DNA of 64,000 nucleotides from an uncultured Gammaproteobacteria bacterium (lineage in GTDB: Bacteria > Patescibacteriota > Microgenomatia > Levybacterales > UBA12049). How positions within the stretch are numbered: position 1 is the stretch's first letter; each line of letters starts with the position of its first letter. The notes under the pieces are model-generated. The model was not told the origin of the DNA. It made no database searches and saw only the letters and a program-made list of their open reading frames with translations. Both the position numbers and the translations under genes were made by a program. This document shows positions 61,718-64,000 of the stretch, piece after piece. The stretch spans positions 16,892 through 80,891 of the forward strand of contig CAZKJM010000001.1 of NCBI GenBank assembly GCA_964553245.1, written 5' to 3'.

Positions 61718-63055
61718 TTATGGGGTCAAATTCCTCTTTCTATTCCAAAATTTACCTCTTCTGCATAATTTATTTCTATCTTGAGGATTTTTTAAAAGCA
61801 TCTCGACAACTCTTTCCAAATAAAGAGTATTTTGAGAACTCTTAACAAGAATTAAATCACCGTTTTTAACTTCTCCCAAAATACTATTTTTTGCCTCAGT
61901 AAAATTTAAAAACCATTTATGCTTGAATTTGTTTTTTTGCAATACAGGGCTAGCATATCTTTTCATTAAAGGACCAATTAAAATTGTAAAATCTACTGTA
62001 TTTAAAAGTTTGTCCGCTAAAATTTCGTGAGCCTCCTTACTAAAGCTGCCAAGCTCGCGCATATCTCCTAAAATTGCTATTCTCCTTTGATTTTTACCAA
62101 CTGTTTTTAACATTTCCAAAATATCTAATATTGGAGGAAGTGTTGCGTTATTGTAGGAAGAATCAATAATTTTTGTGTTTTTAATGCCATTGAAAACAGA
62201 CATTCTTCCAGGAGGAAGGGAAAAATTATCTTTAATAATTTTTATTGAATCATTAATCGAAACTCCGCATGTTTTTGCAATAGCAATAGCAAAAACTATT
62301 GTTTTCGCATAGTGAACCGGCAAAAGAGTAGGGACGGTAATTGAATATTTATGTTTTTCATTTACAAAATCTATGGTAAATTTTTCTAATGTATATTTAG
62401 TATTGTTAATATAAAAATCTGCATTTTTGTCTTTTTTTGAAACCGAGATTCTATTTGCTTTTATATCTTCTATTGCATGCTTAATTTTTTCGTCGTCAAT
62501 GTTTAAAAAAGCAGTACCGTTTTTTGGTAATTTTTTAAGAAGCAAAAGCTCCTGGTCGGCGGTAAGCTTGAGCAATTTTTCTTTTCTAGTTTCTGCGTCT
62601 TTACCCATAGCGAGCTTATCAAAATATTGACTGTGTTCATATGAAATATTTGTTAAAACCCCAATGGTGGGATTTATAATTTTTTGTAAATATGTCATAT
62701 TTTTTGGCTCGAGTGGACCATCAATACCCATTTCAGCTACGTAAAACCTATATCTTTTCCAGTTGAACAACAAACAAAAAGGGGCAAGCAATAATACTTT
62801 TATCCAATCAAATATGTTATAACTTCTCATTTTTATGCCTAATATATTAAGCGGGATACCTGTTTCACTATTCATTCCTTCGTTAAAATGAACCTTGTAT
62901 CTTGATGCTAAAATTATTGAAATTAAACTAGACAAAGAGCTCTTACCACTACTTCCCCCGACACCAATTATCAATGGTTTTATTTTTTTTAACTGTAGTT
63001 TTGCCAATGTTTTTAAAAACACTAATATAAATTTTGAAAACTGTTTTTTAATCAT
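61718..63055 (-). CDS. murF: UDP-MurNAc-tripeptide D-Ala-D-Ala ligase-like (MurF)
   Basis: GSSGKSS, NSETGIP, EMG, DSSYN, LGDMRELG, LVKSSQ. Confidence 0.82.
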   Translation of the reverse strand: MIKKQFSKFILVFLKTLAKLQLKKIKPLIIGVGGSSGKSSLSSLISIILASRYKVHFNEGMNSETGIPLNILGIKMRSYNIFDWIKVLLLAPFCLLFNWKRYRFYVAEMGIDGPLEPKNMTYLQKIINPTIGVLTNISYEHSQYFDKLAMGKDAETRKEKLLKLTADQELLLLKKLPKNGTAFLNIDDEKIKHAIEDIKANRISVSKKDKNADFYINNTKYTLEKFTIDFVNEKHKYSITVPTLLPVHYAKTIVFAIAIAKTCGVSINDSIKIIKDNFSLPPGRMSVFNGIKNTKIIDSSYNNATLPPILDILEMLKTVGKNQRRIAILGDMRELGSFSKEAHEILADKLLNTVDFTILIGPLMKRYASPVLQKNKFKHKWFLNFTEAKNSILGEVKNGDLILVKSSQNTLYLERVVEMLLKNPQDRNKLCRRGKFWNRKRNLTP

Positions 63056-63088
63056 GATTAATTTTGTATATTATACCTTATTTTAGCC

Positions 63089-64000
63089 TTATTGTCTTTC
63101 TGGAGAAATCCCATAGTAGGTTAAAATCTCCCTTGCTATTTCAAAAAAAGTCGGAGCAGCGGTTTCTGCTCCGTATATTGAAGTGGTAGGACGATTGTAA
63201 ATTACCAGCATTACAAACCTTGGATCATCTGCCGGAGCAAAACCGACAAAAGAAGCTATCGTATGCGTAGGATCATAATGTCCTTTTATGGGAATAGACG
63301 CCGTGCCTGTTTTCCCTGCTATCCTGTAACCTTTTGGCTTTGCCCACGCTGCCTCTCCTTTATCAACTGCATTAACCATCATCTCAGTCATTATTTTAGC
63401 CGTTTCCTCATTTATAGGGCTTCCTAGAGCCTTTGGAAATACCTTGGTAAGCGTTCCATCAAAAGATTCAACTGCTGATACAACGTGCGGTTCCATTCTT
63501 TTGCCATTATTCGCAATCGCAGAAATTGCGGAAAGAATCTGTATTGGAGTCACGGAAATACCCTGACCAAATGCTGCTGTTGCAACATCAACAGGATACC
63601 ATGTTTTATCTTCTAAATTAGAAGTTGCTTCTCCTTGAAGATCTATACCCGAAAGCTCACCAATTCCAAATTTTTTAAGATAGTTAAACATTTTTTCATA
63701 GCCAAGTTTTTGCGAAACATAAACCATACCAGTATTGTCCGAATGTTGAATGATTTCCGTCATATTAATATCTTTGTAATATTTATCATTCCATGTATGA
63801 ATAACATAATCTCCTATTGTGACCGGACCCGAACAAACAGGACATTTAGTTAGAGGTTTTACTAATTTTGCATCCAAGGCAGCGGACATAATAATTGGTT
63901 TAAAAGTCGAACCTGGTTCATAAAGATCAGTAATAAAAGGGTTTTTGTATAAATCATCCGAATAATCCTGATAGGATTTAGGATCAAATGTCGGAAATGA
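63089..64000 (-). CDS. ftsI: Class B penicillin-binding protein (FtsI-like); 5' end outside window
   Basis: Frame open to the window edge; EPGSTFK (SxxK), SDN, KTG; dcw position. Confidence 0.88.
   Translation of the reverse strand, partial: SFPTFDPKSYQDYSDDLYKNPFITDLYEPGSTFKPIIMSAALDAKLVKPLTKCPVCSGPVTIGDYVIHTWNDKYYKDINMTEIIQHSDNTGMVYVSQKLGYEKMFNYLKKFGIGELSGIDLQGEATSNLEDKTWYPVDVATAAFGQGISVTPIQILSAISAIANNGKRMEPHVVSAVESFDGTLTKVFPKALGSPINEETAKIMTEMMVNAVDKGEAAWAKPKGYRIAGKTGTASIPIKGHYDPTHTIASFVGFAPADDPRFVMLVIYNRPTTSIYGAETAAPTFFEIAREILTYYGISPERQ

Overview
Very AT-rich, gene-dense bacterial chromosome segment. TGA acts as a stop, so genetic code 11 applies. Gene content and truncated protein forms suggest a Patescibacteria/CPR organism, probably Microgenomates (inference, not a database result). 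It has three parts. (1) 1-15 kb, + strand: murT-gatD-gatCAB-diguanylate cyclase-dnaE, then a complete F-type ATP synthase operon (atpBEFHAGDC) and tRNA-Thr(CGT). (2) 15-43.7 kb: a ~28.6-kb surface-glycosylation island between two inward-pointing tRNA genes, built of alternating-strand blocks. It holds six predicted GT-C membrane glycosyltransferases (two fused to GT2 domains), GT2/GT4 enzymes, a flippase, an O-antigen-ligase-like protein, an FnlA/RmlD-like/2-epimerase amino-sugar pathway, four methyltransferases, an Ig-like membrane protein and a secreted C39-like peptidase. (3) 43.7-64 kb: lepB, parB, rpmA, rplU, rodA, ileS, a half-size MFS and a rearranged dcw cluster on the - strand. Notable signals are widespread leaderless-type promoters with only one strong Shine-Dalgarno seen (at atpE), an unannotated 34-aa membrane peptide, a GVHH-type IleRS2, a single-domain GlmU and a tRNA abutting a start codon. 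No rRNA, CRISPR array, transposase or prophage was seen. All product calls come from motif recognition by eye.
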